In this document: positions 22,245-33,361 of the stretch, piece after piece
Position numbering within the stretch: position 1 is the first letter of the stretch
Layout of the letters: each line of letters begins with the position of its first letter
DNA from: Asterionella formosa
Lineage: Eukaryota
Reading direction: 5' to 3'
DNA length: 36,579 nucleotides
Assembly: GCA_002256025.1 (NCBI GenBank)
Contig: NKIB01015315.1
Span: forward strand, 1-36,579
Program-made: the position numbers and the translations under genes
Notes under the pieces: generated by a model
Databases searched by the model: none
Told to the model about the DNA's origin: nothing
The model's input: the letters and a program-made list of their open reading frames with translations, nothing else

Positions 22245-22337
22245 GTACCGGTAGTCTGCAAATGTAGTGCTGATGTTGTGCAGAGTGAGAAGAAGGATTC
22301 CACGTGGAATCACCAATAGGCAACAGACTACCGGTAC
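22245..22337. repeat. Small inverted-repeat element with an internal 16-bp palindrome, upstream of SAM50
   Basis: GTACCGGTAGTCTG (22245-22258) and CAGACTACCGGTAC (22324-22337) enclose GATTCCACGTGGAATC at 22296-22311. Confidence 0.6.
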
Positions 22338-22498
22338 GTATACATAGCACGATCTGCAGCCACCAACAACGGATGCATGCAAAACGAGCAGAGTCGGCCT
22401 CCTATATCTATCGACTCCCTTGATGTGTGTAGCAACAGCCATCAGTTGGGGTTGACATTTATATTTTGTAGTAGAGAGGTGAAGATTTTCCGTTCACC

Positions 22499-23998
22499 AT
22501 GACCGACTCGTCTCCGCCGCAACAGCAACAAGAACAAGAACACTCGGCCGTTCAAGAACTCTTTCACAAACATTTACAAGAATATCCGATCCCTTTGCAA
22601 TTTCCAGCCACGGTCGGTTCGATCGACGAGTCCAAAAAGGCCCGAACGTCGTCGGATTTGATCAACTTTCGACTCATCGAAGCCGGAGTGTTGTTTGACG
22701 AAACTGGCCTGCAATCAGTGGGAGATCTAGTGCAAGCCACGGATCGGCTTGTGCTGAATCTGCAGCAATCGGGCTGCTTTCACAATGTGCAAGTTCGTAT
22801 TCTTCAAGAGGAACAAACGAACAAGATTCATGTAGCACTGGACGAACGGAATTGGTACAAATTGTACATTGGAGGCGGCATCAAGAACGATGGAGCGATA
22901 CTAATCGGAGATTCGGATTCATTTATACCGAAATTGCAATTTGAAACTAGGGGATCTTTAGTCAATTTACAAGGTCTTTTGGATGTCACTGCCTTGGAAT
23001 ATTGCGTAGACCAAACATCCGCCACATCCGTGCGATTGACTCATGATCGGCCACTATATACCCTCTTTCCGCTCGAATCTAGAATTCGAGACGCCATCAT
23101 TGAAGCGAGCTCGGAAGTAAATGTCAAACTAAAGGCAGAACTAGATACGGTTGACCATGAATGGACACGATCCTATAAGGAATTTCACAGAACGCTGGGT
23201 TTGGCCATTTCGTCAAGTCGAACAGTTCGTCCCGAAATGGCCCCCAATGGGTACTTGGGTATGGATTGGAACATGACATGGCGAGATTTGATTCCACGTC
23301 GTCATGACGATTACACCATGAATGCCAGTCCTGAAATCATTCAACAATCCGGTCCCTCGCTCAAACATTCACTTGTGCTGGAAACTCGTACCAATGGAGC
23401 CTTGTGTGACGATCGATTCAATCCAACACAAGGTCTTGATTTAAATGCCAAGATAGAAGTGGCAGGTCCTCCAGGAGATGTGGGATTCGTCAAAGTAGAA
23501 GGTGGTGCGGCGATCCATTATCCAATGACCGACTGGCTTTCATTACATACCATGCTGAATGGAGGATGTATCAGTCCCTTGGCCTATGGAGGATTGTGTC
23601 AAGGGCCAGCCGTGTCCGATAAATTCTTTATCGGAGGCCCCATGCCATTGAGAGGATTTGTCCCGGCAGGGATTGGACCCCGAGCCAAGACAGGAGGTAC
23701 ATCGACCCCTCACGGTGATGCCTTGGGAGGAGATTTGTTCTACACTGCAACACTTGCAGCATCTACGCCCGTTTACAATGGGATACGATTGTTTGGATTT
23801 GCCAATGCTGGTACATTGACTGGTATGAATGTGCCGCTACCAGCGATTGTGTTGTCGACAAGAGCTGCTGTAGGAGCAGGAGTTTCTATGGGAACAGGCA
23901 TGGGCAGATTGGAAGCGACATATGCCTGGCCTATTCGATATGGGCCGAGAGATGCCAGAAGAGCACTTCAATTTGGTTTTGGATTTAATATTGGGTAG
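22499..23998 (+). CDS. SAM50: Mitochondrial outer-membrane Omp85-family protein Sam50
   Basis: A single POTRA-like N-terminal region (LQQSGCFHNVQV), NASPEIIQQSGPSLKHSL, DDRFNPTQG, EVAGPPGDVGFVK, DKFFIGGPMPLRGF, GIGPRA, DALGGDLFY, RAAVGAG, GRLEATYAWP and a C-terminal beta-signal LQFGFGFNIG. Confidence 0.93.
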   Translation: MTDSSPPQQQQEQEHSAVQELFHKHLQEYPIPLQFPATVGSIDESKKARTSSDLINFRLIEAGVLFDETGLQSVGDLVQATDRLVLNLQQSGCFHNVQVRILQEEQTNKIHVALDERNWYKLYIGGGIKNDGAILIGDSDSFIPKLQFETRGSLVNLQGLLDVTALEYCVDQTSATSVRLTHDRPLYTLFPLESRIRDAIIEASSEVNVKLKAELDTVDHEWTRSYKEFHRTLGLAISSSRTVRPEMAPNGYLGMDWNMTWRDLIPRRHDDYTMNASPEIIQQSGPSLKHSLVLETRTNGALCDDRFNPTQGLDLNAKIEVAGPPGDVGFVKVEGGAAIHYPMTDWLSLHTMLNGGCISPLAYGGLCQGPAVSDKFFIGGPMPLRGFVPAGIGPRAKTGGTSTPHGDALGGDLFYTATLAASTPVYNGIRLFGFANAGTLTGMNVPLPAIVLSTRAAVGAGVSMGTGMGRLEATYAWPIRYGPRDARRALQFGFGFNIG

Positions 23999-24461
23999 GA
24001 AAGGCATCAATGATTCAAGTTCTAATTACCAACTATGAATCCGTAAATAACAATTTGAAATTCGTTAAATTGTGTTCATTTTGTTGTTGAAGTGTTGATA
24101 TTCCTGCTACCGTAGATTCTTTCAAAACTTCCTCTTGGATCATCTCATCCCTTTCTTATTTCGCTTGCCCAGAGATCATCAAGTACTGGTATCAGAAACA
24201 CCAACATATTGGTACCTGGTACTGGTACCGCACTCTAAATACAAAAAGCAACTTCTATAGTGCCACTGGGTACAGATTTTTAGTATGATACCGGTAGTCT
24301 CTTCTATCCTCGCAGCTCCACGCGGAATCCACATCAGGTGCTACGAACACAGTCATCATGAGCATGTCGTCAGATCGCTCATTATATCATCACGTACTTT
24401 TTCCCGCATGTTCAGTATGCAGGTACCAGGTAGTAGTCGTCAAAACAGACAACCGATACAC

Positions 24462-24549
24462 CAAGTTGCGGTAATTGTCCTGAAACTAAAGGTTTAGCTA
24501 TCTTTATCCTTTATTAATTTGTTTATTTCAGCCAAATGACCGCAACTTG
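24462..24549. mobile_element. 88-bp mini-MITE, copy 2
   Basis: CAAGTTGCGGTAATT...TTTAGCTATCTTTATCCT...AATGACCGCAACTTG; same length as, and collinear with, 21489-21576. Confidence 0.75.
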
Positions 24550-24777
24550 CAGGTACCAGGTACCCTGGTACCTTCTGGCGTGTACCGGTACTGGTTCACC
24601 CTATAGCATCCTCATCAGTGATGCCGATACCGGGATACCATGCTACCTGGACCGTGCGTAAATTGAACTCTTCATTTCGCAGACTGATGGGAAGGAATTC
24701 ATCGTTGTTGTCGTCTCCCTTTGGACCAATCATTCCATCTCATTTCATTTCATTCCATTCCATCCCATCGATCCATC

Positions 24778-26190
24778 ATGAATCTACCTACAAGCAGCAC
24801 TCTTGCTCTTTGTTTGAGCTCACTGCTAGTCACCACGACCGCGTTCACTACAATAGCCGCAAGCACGCGACAGAATCAGAAACCTCCGGCGTTTGCTCTT
24901 CATGCCAATCGCAAATCCAGTTTCGTTGAAGAAGAAGCTCAACGTCTTGATGAAGAAGAACAAGGCGCAGAAGTGGTGGGAGCGAATTTTTTTGGAGGGA
25001 ACAAACAAAAGGACGAACTATTTGATCCTGTGGCTGAAGCCAATGCCAATCTAGTTGTGCCGGCAAGTTCTCAATGCTACAATCGATTTGACGATCGAAA
25101 CGCCTTTGATGATCTTGGAAAAGTGGTGGGAGGATCACTGCAACAACAACTCAATGGAATTCTTTATGTCGAAGATGCCATGCCCAACAATCCTGAATTC
25201 ACGTATGCACCAAATGTCGTTTGGGAATCACCATGGGAAGTTTCCAAAGATTCCAAAACACCATGGGATGAAGTCAAGAAATGTCTTGCCTGGTACAATC
25301 GCATGGACGTTGCAATTATTTCGGCAAAGTCAACCACGGGCGGTTCTGCCGTCCAACTTCGGTGGGAAATTTCTCTCGTTTGGCCCATCTTTTGGGAACC
25401 TCGAGTCATCCTTACTGGTACATCTCACTTATCCCTCCAAGGCAAAACTATTGTGAAACAAATTGACACGTTGGACCAGAAAGACATTCTTTCGGCCATT
25501 GCTCCTCAACTAAAACCACGATTTTGGGATGTGTATCACATTGGCATGACCCCTTCGGCCGAGCTGTCTCCTGTAGTGGACGAAACGCCTTTTTTGAAAA
25601 CGTACAAAGTGTACCAATTACCACCACGTTTGATATATCAGCCCTCTATTTTGGATGATGGCAATCGAGAGGACGCCAATGCTGCAACAATTCCAAATCA
25701 TTGCTTTTGTGATGCTATTAAAACAATGGGGCCATCCCGACAGCGATACGTTCCTACGTCTCCTGTTGAAGTTCAAATTATGAAAACTTCCAACAGTGAG
25801 TTCAATAATCGCATCGTGTGGACGATTCCAATGTCTATCGAATTACAGACAAATCCACGATTGCCCTTGCCAGGGGTTGATGAAGAAACCTTGCCAGAAA
25901 TGATGCCAGAGACCATTTACAAGTTTCAAGAACGACGCAAAGTTGCAGTAGTATCGTATGGAGGATTTCCACAGGATCCAGAAGTCTCTGGTCTTCGAAA
26001 GAAGCTCTATGACCAAGTGATCAAAGATGGTTTGAAACCCAAGCTGGATGAGAATGAGAGACCTCAGTTTTTCTTTCGCCAGCATAATGTCAAAGCGTGT
26101 TGTACCGAAGGTGGGCTTGGTATGGTGGTGTATGAATGGAGACCAAAGTTTGTGGCACTGAATGAAATTGGAATTGAACTAGAACTATAA
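24778..26190 (+). CDS. Probable plastid-targeted DUF2358 (SnoaL-like) plus SOUL haem-binding-like protein, 470 aa
   Basis: ATG at 24778 gives MNLPTSSTLALCLSSLLVTTTA-FTT (signal peptide followed by F). LRWEISLVWPIFWEPRVILTGTSHL...IVKQID resembles DUF2358. RRKVAVVSYGGF...LRKKLYDQVIKDGLKP...NEIGIEL resembles the SOUL C-terminus. Confidence 0.7.
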   Translation: MNLPTSSTLALCLSSLLVTTTAFTTIAASTRQNQKPPAFALHANRKSSFVEEEAQRLDEEEQGAEVVGANFFGGNKQKDELFDPVAEANANLVVPASSQCYNRFDDRNAFDDLGKVVGGSLQQQLNGILYVEDAMPNNPEFTYAPNVVWESPWEVSKDSKTPWDEVKKCLAWYNRMDVAIISAKSTTGGSAVQLRWEISLVWPIFWEPRVILTGTSHLSLQGKTIVKQIDTLDQKDILSAIAPQLKPRFWDVYHIGMTPSAELSPVVDETPFLKTYKVYQLPPRLIYQPSILDDGNREDANAATIPNHCFCDAIKTMGPSRQRYVPTSPVEVQIMKTSNSEFNNRIVWTIPMSIELQTNPRLPLPGVDEETLPEMMPETIYKFQERRKVAVVSYGGFPQDPEVSGLRKKLYDQVIKDGLKPKLDENERPQFFFRQHNVKACCTEGGLGMVVYEWRPKFVALNEIGIELEL

Positions 26191-26266
26191 AAGTGCTATT
26201 ACAATAAAAACAGAAACTATATCAAGGTTATTTACACCCTCACACTACATAATGCGCCATTTTTCA

Positions 26267-29200
26267 TTAGCTTTGTTTGCATTCTGATTGTCCGCCTCCT
26301 GGAATTTCTCCCATCTGTGTCATATCCATCAAAGAAGGCAATTGTCTAACCGCCGACGCTGGAACATGTGGCTTGATCGGGACAGACAATGATGTGTCAA
26401 ACGTCGCGGTAACTACCGGCTGGGACCCGCTATCAGCCAATACTTGCTTGACTCCTTTCCGATTGGTCGGTGTATGAATTGCGCTATTTTGGAAAGGAGC
26501 AGGCCGTACGTCTACTGATGGAGCTACGGAGGATGTATCAAGAATCATCCTTGGTTCATAAATGTTTTCGTCCACTTCTTGGAATGACTCGTCATTCACC
26601 ATGCTACTTTCTTCCACAAATCTCTCCGCTCTCTGCACAGCCAATTTAGTCGAAGTCAATTCATCCTTGAGCCTAGCCAGCTCTTTTTCAAGCTCCCACG
26701 AACGTTGTTCTGCTTTCTGAACATCTGTTATGGCAGCAGAGTTGCGCATAACCAGTTCTCGCTTTTCGTCGTTTAGGGCCTGAATTTGCTCCTCATATTC
26801 CTCCCTCAACTGAGTTAGAGTTGATCCACTAACTCCAGTACTGGAGTAAGGCGTAGGTCCAGTTGGTTCAAACGAGGCTTCCGAGATGGCAGCTAGCGTA
26901 CTACGCTTGACAATAGCCTTCTTCAATTCACGATTCTCGTCGAGGATTGCATTGAATTCCTTTTGAAGGGTCTCCAACTGGTTCTGCGTTTTGCCATCGG
27001 CTCCATAGCGACCCCCCAATTGTCTCCGAAATCGATCATTCTCCTCCAGCACCGTGAACTTCTCCCGTTCGAGCGTGTTCATTTTTTCGTGCATATCATC
27101 GTTCTCTGTTGTAAGCTCCGTCATTCTCGATGTGGCGAACAAGAGTTGGTGCTTATAGGAAGCGATCTTTGCTAGAGTCTTTTCTTGGTATTCGGCATAA
27201 TCTTTTTCTTGTTGAGACAGCAATTCTTTACTCCTAGACAATTCGTCTTCAATCTCATTTATCTCCGCTTCGGCTTTACTCTTTGTTTTTCTTAGCATTG
27301 CCTTTCCTTTCTCGATTAGACTCTCGCGATCATTTGCTGCTTGTTTCTTCAGACTTTCAATCTCCTCTTCGTACTGATCCTTGAGCGTTGTCACTTCAGA
27401 AACGTGACCTTCCCGGATCGATGTCAACATGGCGTCAATTTGTTTCTGCTTCTCATTCATAGCCTCAGTTGACGTTTGCACAAGTTCCTTGTATTCCGTT
27501 GCTGCTTTTATTAAATGGTTGCGATTGGCTTGACGTTCTTGTTCCAGCAATGCATTCATCCTTTCATGCAAGTCCAATAAGTCCTTTCTGCCCTTTTCTT
27601 TTAGTTGTTCACACGTTCTATCCAAGTGATCCTTGGAGGCAATGATAGCCTCGTCCTTGGAAAGTTTCTCAGCTTTGAGTAGCTCTTCCATCAAGTTCTT
27701 TTCTCCCAACAAGTTTGCCTTGTCCTCGCGAAGGAGCTCCTCACGAGACTTGGCTTCGTTTAATTCAGCCAGTTTCACCTTCAAGGATTCGCAGGTTGCG
27801 TCATGACTCTTCTGCAGAACACTGTGAGTGTCTTGCAATACTGTAAACTTTCCGACCCAATCATCCACATCTGCATTCAGCAGTTTCTCGCGCTCTTGAC
27901 TGGCCAGAAATGAATTTAGAATGTCATTCAATTCTCGTTTTGTTTCGGCTATTTCGACACTGCGACTCTCTGCCAAGCCCTGGGCAACTTCTGCTGTGTC
28001 TTTCCATTTTTGAAGGTCTTCAACCAATCCAATTTCTCTCCCTTTGGATTCCTCGAGCATACGTTCGGTACCTTCCAGGTCCAACTTGAGCTGATCAAGA
28101 GAAGCAGTCGTCTCGTGAAGAAGTTTGTCAAGTTGTGTCCATTTTGACGTCCATTCTTCTACGGCGACTCGCAGATGCGCCTCTTGTTCCATGGAAATTC
28201 GCAACTCCGAACGCGTTATTTCCAAGTCACCCTTGGTTGAAAAATACTGCTCTTTGAACTTGTCGGACAACCGTGTAGCATCATCCAATTTCTCCTCCAA
28301 CAATTGAACAGCGTCATCTTCTCGCTTAGCCGCAAACTCTTTTAGCTGCGCATTTTCATTACGCAATCGTTCCAATTCTTCTTTCACCTTGGGGTTTAAT
28401 TCACTTATGCCTTCTCCAAGAGTGGCAGCCGAATGTTCCTCGTGTGTAGCTTCATCGTCGTACAGTCTCTTGCGTAGCTCGTTGGCTACGTCGTTGTGCA
28501 TCTTGGCGCCTTTGAGCAACTTTTTATGCGCGCTGGAAAGATGTTGAGAAATGTTCGTAAGACGCTTCAAATCTTTTTGACACTCCGCCAACCTGACTTC
28601 TGCATCTATCGCTCTTGTCTTGTAGTCTTCCAGCTGGCGCCGCAGGGGTTGCAAGGCTTTCAATTCGTTTTCTAGACGCAAACACTCACTAACAGATACT
28701 GAATGAGCTTCTTCTTCTCGCTTCAGTGCTTCTTTCACATCTCCAAGTTGTTCCAATCGTTCACGGCATTTGCGGAATTTTTCTTCCGTTTCAGCTAGTT
28801 TTTCTGTATTATGTTCAAGGAGATCCATTTCGTCTCGCATTGATTCCAATTCATGCCGGGCGATTTCTTCCCGTATCTTGGTCTCTTGTAGTCCTTCTAG
28901 TTCGTTTTGCAATCTGAAAATCTCCGCTTCGTGGTCAGCTCTCAGTTCTTCCGCTCTACGCAGGGCTGCCGATTCCAGCTTCATCATGTCATGAATCTTG
29001 CTGGACAGGTCAGATTCTCGTTTCTGTGAATGTTCCAAGTCTAGCTGAAGGTCCTGATTCTGTCGTCTCAAATCGTCGACCATCGTATCCATGGCAGCAT
29101 CAATAGTTCCAGGTGAAAAGAATCTTTCGACCGCCATGCGCCCAAGGGCATTCTTCTTTCGCTGCGGTGTGAAGCCAGCATCTGGAGATCCAAAGGCTTC

Positions 29201-30358
29201 GTCTCGAGATCGTGCGCGACCACTGCATGACGTCCTCCTTGGTTCGCTGCTGTGCATTTTGGCACGCTCAATGTGCTTTACCAGCTTCGGTTGAAGCTCT
29301 CTGGACATGGCAAGAATACGTGCTATGTTGGCGTTCCTACCAATACATGATTCGCTAACAGCATAGGAAAGCATGGCCGAAAGAACTGTCATTTGCCGAG
29401 TTCTGAGCGGCATGTGTATGGCTAGTTGCACTGGCATTTCATCGGCAATCAAATCGTGCAAGGCTTTCCATGCGTCCTCTGGGGATGTCGCGGTTGGTGC
29501 CCGAAGGGTGCGCCCACACAAACGTTCGGCCACATGGACAATGGCACTAAAAATATCAAGATTGTTAGATTGCCACTGAGTGATGCTTATTTGTAGCGCA
29601 GAAGGTAACACATAGTACATGACTCACCAGACAACTTCTCCGGAATCCAAATGTTCGATGCGACTACATTCCGCCCTATCCATTTCGGGATTTGTTTGCA
29701 ACCAAGCCATGAGCGTGTGTAGCAGCATAGGGTCTTGCTCGTCCAGCGCCGGCAGAAGCGGCGATGCAAACAAGCGCGATCGCGAGGGCGTGGTGGTCGG
29801 CGATGCAAAGGACAAGTCCAGATTGCGGCGAGAGCCCGAGGACCGAGGCGTGGTGGCAGAATGAGCCGCTGCTGGCTTCTTGACAGGAGTGCTTGCTAGA
29901 ACTGCCCCTGATTCCACAATACCTTTAAGAACCAACTGGTGGCGGTCCGTCAGTATCATGATCCCCGCAATGTGCGTTCGTCGGTTCTTGCATCGCTCCG
30001 AAATGCAATAGCACATCAGTTTGCTGAGCATGAGAATGCGCAGTTCGAGCGTCGAGACGCGCCTTCCAGCCAGCTGCTGCAGCACGCTCGGGTCGACGGA
30101 AGTGACGAGTCCGAACAGAGAGCCCCAATAGCTGTCGACAGACGACTCCTCTGCTCGGGATGCCTGCTTGTCGAACAGTTGCTCAGCAACTGCGACGATG
30201 AAGCTGACAAACCGAACGTCCTGAAGCATCTGAATGGGGCTGCCACAGCCGCTGCCGCCAATTTCCTCGCAGCCTTCGAAGGTTCTAAGCCATGCTGTCA
30301 GTGCCTCAAGCTGATCCAGCTGTTGAGGCGACGGGGCCTGCTTGGCGGGGGTCGCCAT
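26267..30358 (-). CDS. Hook-family coiled-coil protein, two exons (30358-29628 and 29546-26267), ~1336 aa
   Basis: Intron 29547-29627 has a GTGAGT donor, a CTAAC branch point and a TTTTTAG acceptor, and its phase joins the two ORFs in frame (EVVC-AIVHV). Hook-like CH domain(s) at the N-terminus, Hook-like coil motifs (LESMRDEMDLL...KFRKCRERLE; ELNPKVKEELERLRNENAQL) and a long coiled coil. Confidence 0.8.
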
Positions 30359-31477
30359 GATAATGGTTGCAGCAATGTACTTTATGACATGGAATGTAGA
30401 TTATGGAGGCAGCTTACCAGTACTGTTCTGGTATACCAGTACCTGGTACCATTTCCGGTACACCTCGAGGGGTAGGGTTGCAAAAGTAGACCTCAAGCAA
30501 CGACAAAACAGGATTTGAATTATAACGGATTCATATAGCGGTTATACGAGTCACTGGTCACTCGTGACCGGTGCTTCGGACTTCCGAAATGACTGCCAAA
30601 CCAAACGAATACCGGCAATACGACCGTACATACACATGCCGGTATCGGGATATTTCACATGGACATGTGTTGTGACACCATGATGATTGTCTGAAACAAT
30701 GCACATGTGTTCGCTCTCCTTGGAGGAATTGAATGTGTAAGGCCCTAATGGTTAGAATTTGACTTTCAACAACATCAGGAACAAATACTAGCGCTTCAAG
30801 AAGCTCGACATTGAACTGCGTACTACAATTTGGAAAACTATGTACACACACTTGCGCTGATGAAGCATTAGTAGGAATGACTCTCCTTGACAATACACAG
30901 AGCCTCAAGTGGGAGTATAGAATCACACAGTTATACTGTACACATTCATCTCAGCCGATCCACAGTACAAGTACACTTCTTCACCAACTCACTGGGCCAT
31001 TCGGTATCATGTTCATGATACGTATCTGCCACAACACTGCAATTCCAAGAGCGTATGTGAGACTCACGCATGCACACACACACACACCCATGACATTTCA
31101 TACCCCACCAGAAGAATGACTGACCACCATGCTTTTTATTATTGTGTCATTTTATGTCTTTTCGCTTTGAACCAAACAGCATAATCCGTGTTCACCAACA
31201 AAAATAAGATTACTTTCAGGTATGGTTTCATATACTCCATTGACCCACTGAAACTCAATATAACGTCTAGATAAATATAAATATCTTCTGAACCAGCAGC
31301 TGTTCAATTTAACTAGGAACAGCAGGATGCTAATGTACCGACGCCTAATGACATAAATAATTCCGAACAAATTTCAGAGAGAGGCGAGCTAAGTGTTAGT
31401 CGAATTAATCAAACGAATGGGGTAAAACAGTGGGTCAATGCACTTTTTTACTGGTACCTGGTACCTAGTGAAGTATC

Positions 31478-31675
31478 TAACTAGAAGTAGTAGTATTTGT
31501 TGAATATATGAGCTTATTAGTTAATCCTTCTTGTGTGCAACTCATTCTCTAAGCAAGTCGACACCAAAGTATATAATAAGGGTTAGTCGAGTTCACTCAT
31601 TATTGAGATCTGATATATATGATATTACACTAACCCTATATACATCTGTATTAATGCACAAGATTGCTCACCTGG
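31478..31675 (+). repeat. Dispersed ~200 bp repeat (MITE-like); inverted copy at 36387-36579
   Basis: TAACTAGAAGTAGTAGTATTTGTTGAATATATGAGCTTATT...GTCGACACCAAAGTATA...ACTAACCCTATATACATCTGTATT...GCTCACCTGG followed by TA. Confidence 0.85.
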
Positions 31676-32627
31676 TACCGTTACTGGTGCCCTGTTACCT
31701 GGTATGATGATAATATAGCTATGTACATGGAATATTGGACATGTAGATTGATCTATTACCAGGATTTAAGCAATCCCGGTATTCATGACTGGGAGGGGGG
31801 ACTATAGGACCATATTTGAGGCATTTCTTTACAGTTTCAACCCCAGACAGTCCACTGTCAAGCTTAAGAGCTTAAAAAGTGAATTGGTTGGTCATGTAGC
31901 TAGGCATGGATTTGCCATGCTCAACACTAAACAGGTCATATATAAACCAAATCATGTGCTGCTACTGCACCGCTTGATGCATTTACTGATAATGCTGCTC
32001 ATGACAGTCATGTTGATAAATCAAGCAGCATGGGAGTTTTTAAAAGTAAATTGTTAAGCAAACCAACAGATGGTCAATGTGTTCAACAAGGGTTTTTAGG
32101 CGCAAAATATTATGTACAGTTTTTGCTAATTGTATGCCTTTGGGCTACCTCGTGACACCAGATATGCCACCCAGCCATACTATGCGCCTTGGCTGAGCGA
32201 TGCTCTTGCTTTGTTGCATGCAAGTCTGAACACAAGAGAAGGAGCCACAAGAATGCATACCAGCAGCACCCAATCGTGTACTGGGACTCTGGTACCTAGT
32301 CTGCCTGGTACTGGTACCGGTAAATGGTGATACTCATCAACCGACATCGCTTGTCAATCGCTTGCCTTCAAGAATATATGTACCGGTATGTACGCACCTG
32401 TATATTATTACATAATGAATACTAACATTTTGAGAACAAATTCGCTCGAATTCGATAGAACATAATAAAATAATACCACTAGATAGACTACCGTACCGGT
32501 ACCGGTACTTTACCATATAGTTGTTATTGTGGTCGGCAACGAGTTGATGCTCCACCGATTCTTATTTTATATTTTATGTTTTTGTTGACGACGAGAGTGT
32601 TACAGAGAGAGCTGTGCATCAACCATT

Positions 32628-33167
32628 ATGAGTTTCAGTCAATTCATTCAAAGAGTCGCCAATTACTTGGCCAATGTAAGTCTGAGTACTATACTGATAA
32701 TAATATAAACACAAAAAGAAATCAATGTCAATGTCAGGCAACGAACAACGACGAAAGCACCCAGGGCATGTTGTCAACTGCAAATGAAAAATTGATTCAC
32801 ACTTGACAGTATCCATCAAACCTGCACACACATATACTCCTATAATCTTTTTTTTTTTAACTACCGGTATACTTACAACAACAACCTATTATAGGAAGTG
32901 ATTGTCAAAGGCCTTGCGGAATCCAAAACATTTCAAAAGTTTGCTCTTCGGACACATTTAAATCTAGAACAAGTCAAAAAGACAGGAACAGAATACATGA
33001 ATCAAGGTATAGACGAAGTTAGCAAAATAGCGACTGAAGCAGCCATGAAGGAAGCTGCTGCTGCTTCTGGTGGTGGTCCACCCAAACCTCCCTTACGAGG
33101 AATCTCTGGCTTTTTTCGTGCCTTTGGGAATGAAGTACGAAAGGACTTTGGAGCTGCTGCCAAGTAG
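32628..33167 (+). CDS. Small conserved protein (NCBP2-AS2-like), two exons (32628-32675 and 32895-33167), 106 aa
   Basis: Exon 1 encodes MSFSQFIQRVANYLAN and is followed by a GTAAGT donor. The ATAG acceptor at 32894 continues in frame EVIVKGLAESKTFQKFALRT. The NE.IV..LAES..FQ.FA.RT pattern resembles NCBP2-AS2-type small proteins. Confidence 0.72.
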
Positions 33168-33361
33168 TACGAAGTGACAACGACACTAACTCTATATGAA
33201 TACGTACCACCCTTCATATTGTATTCATTTCTCTTTGTTTTGAAACTATCTATCAATCAATCAATCAATCTTCTACTAGACTATAGCTATATCTAATTCA
33301 CAACACAGTTTGCAACGTATCCTATAACTAGTAGACATATAATGTGCAAGTACACATCAAT

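Noticed and set aside
29547..29620. ATG at 29620 as the start of a separate 1117-aa gene
   Set aside because: It lies inside a well-formed intron whose removal joins the upstream ORF in frame.
30558..32330. Short ORFs between the Hook-like gene and the small spliced gene
   Set aside because: They have no recognisable motifs and are interspersed with repeats and footprint-like motifs.
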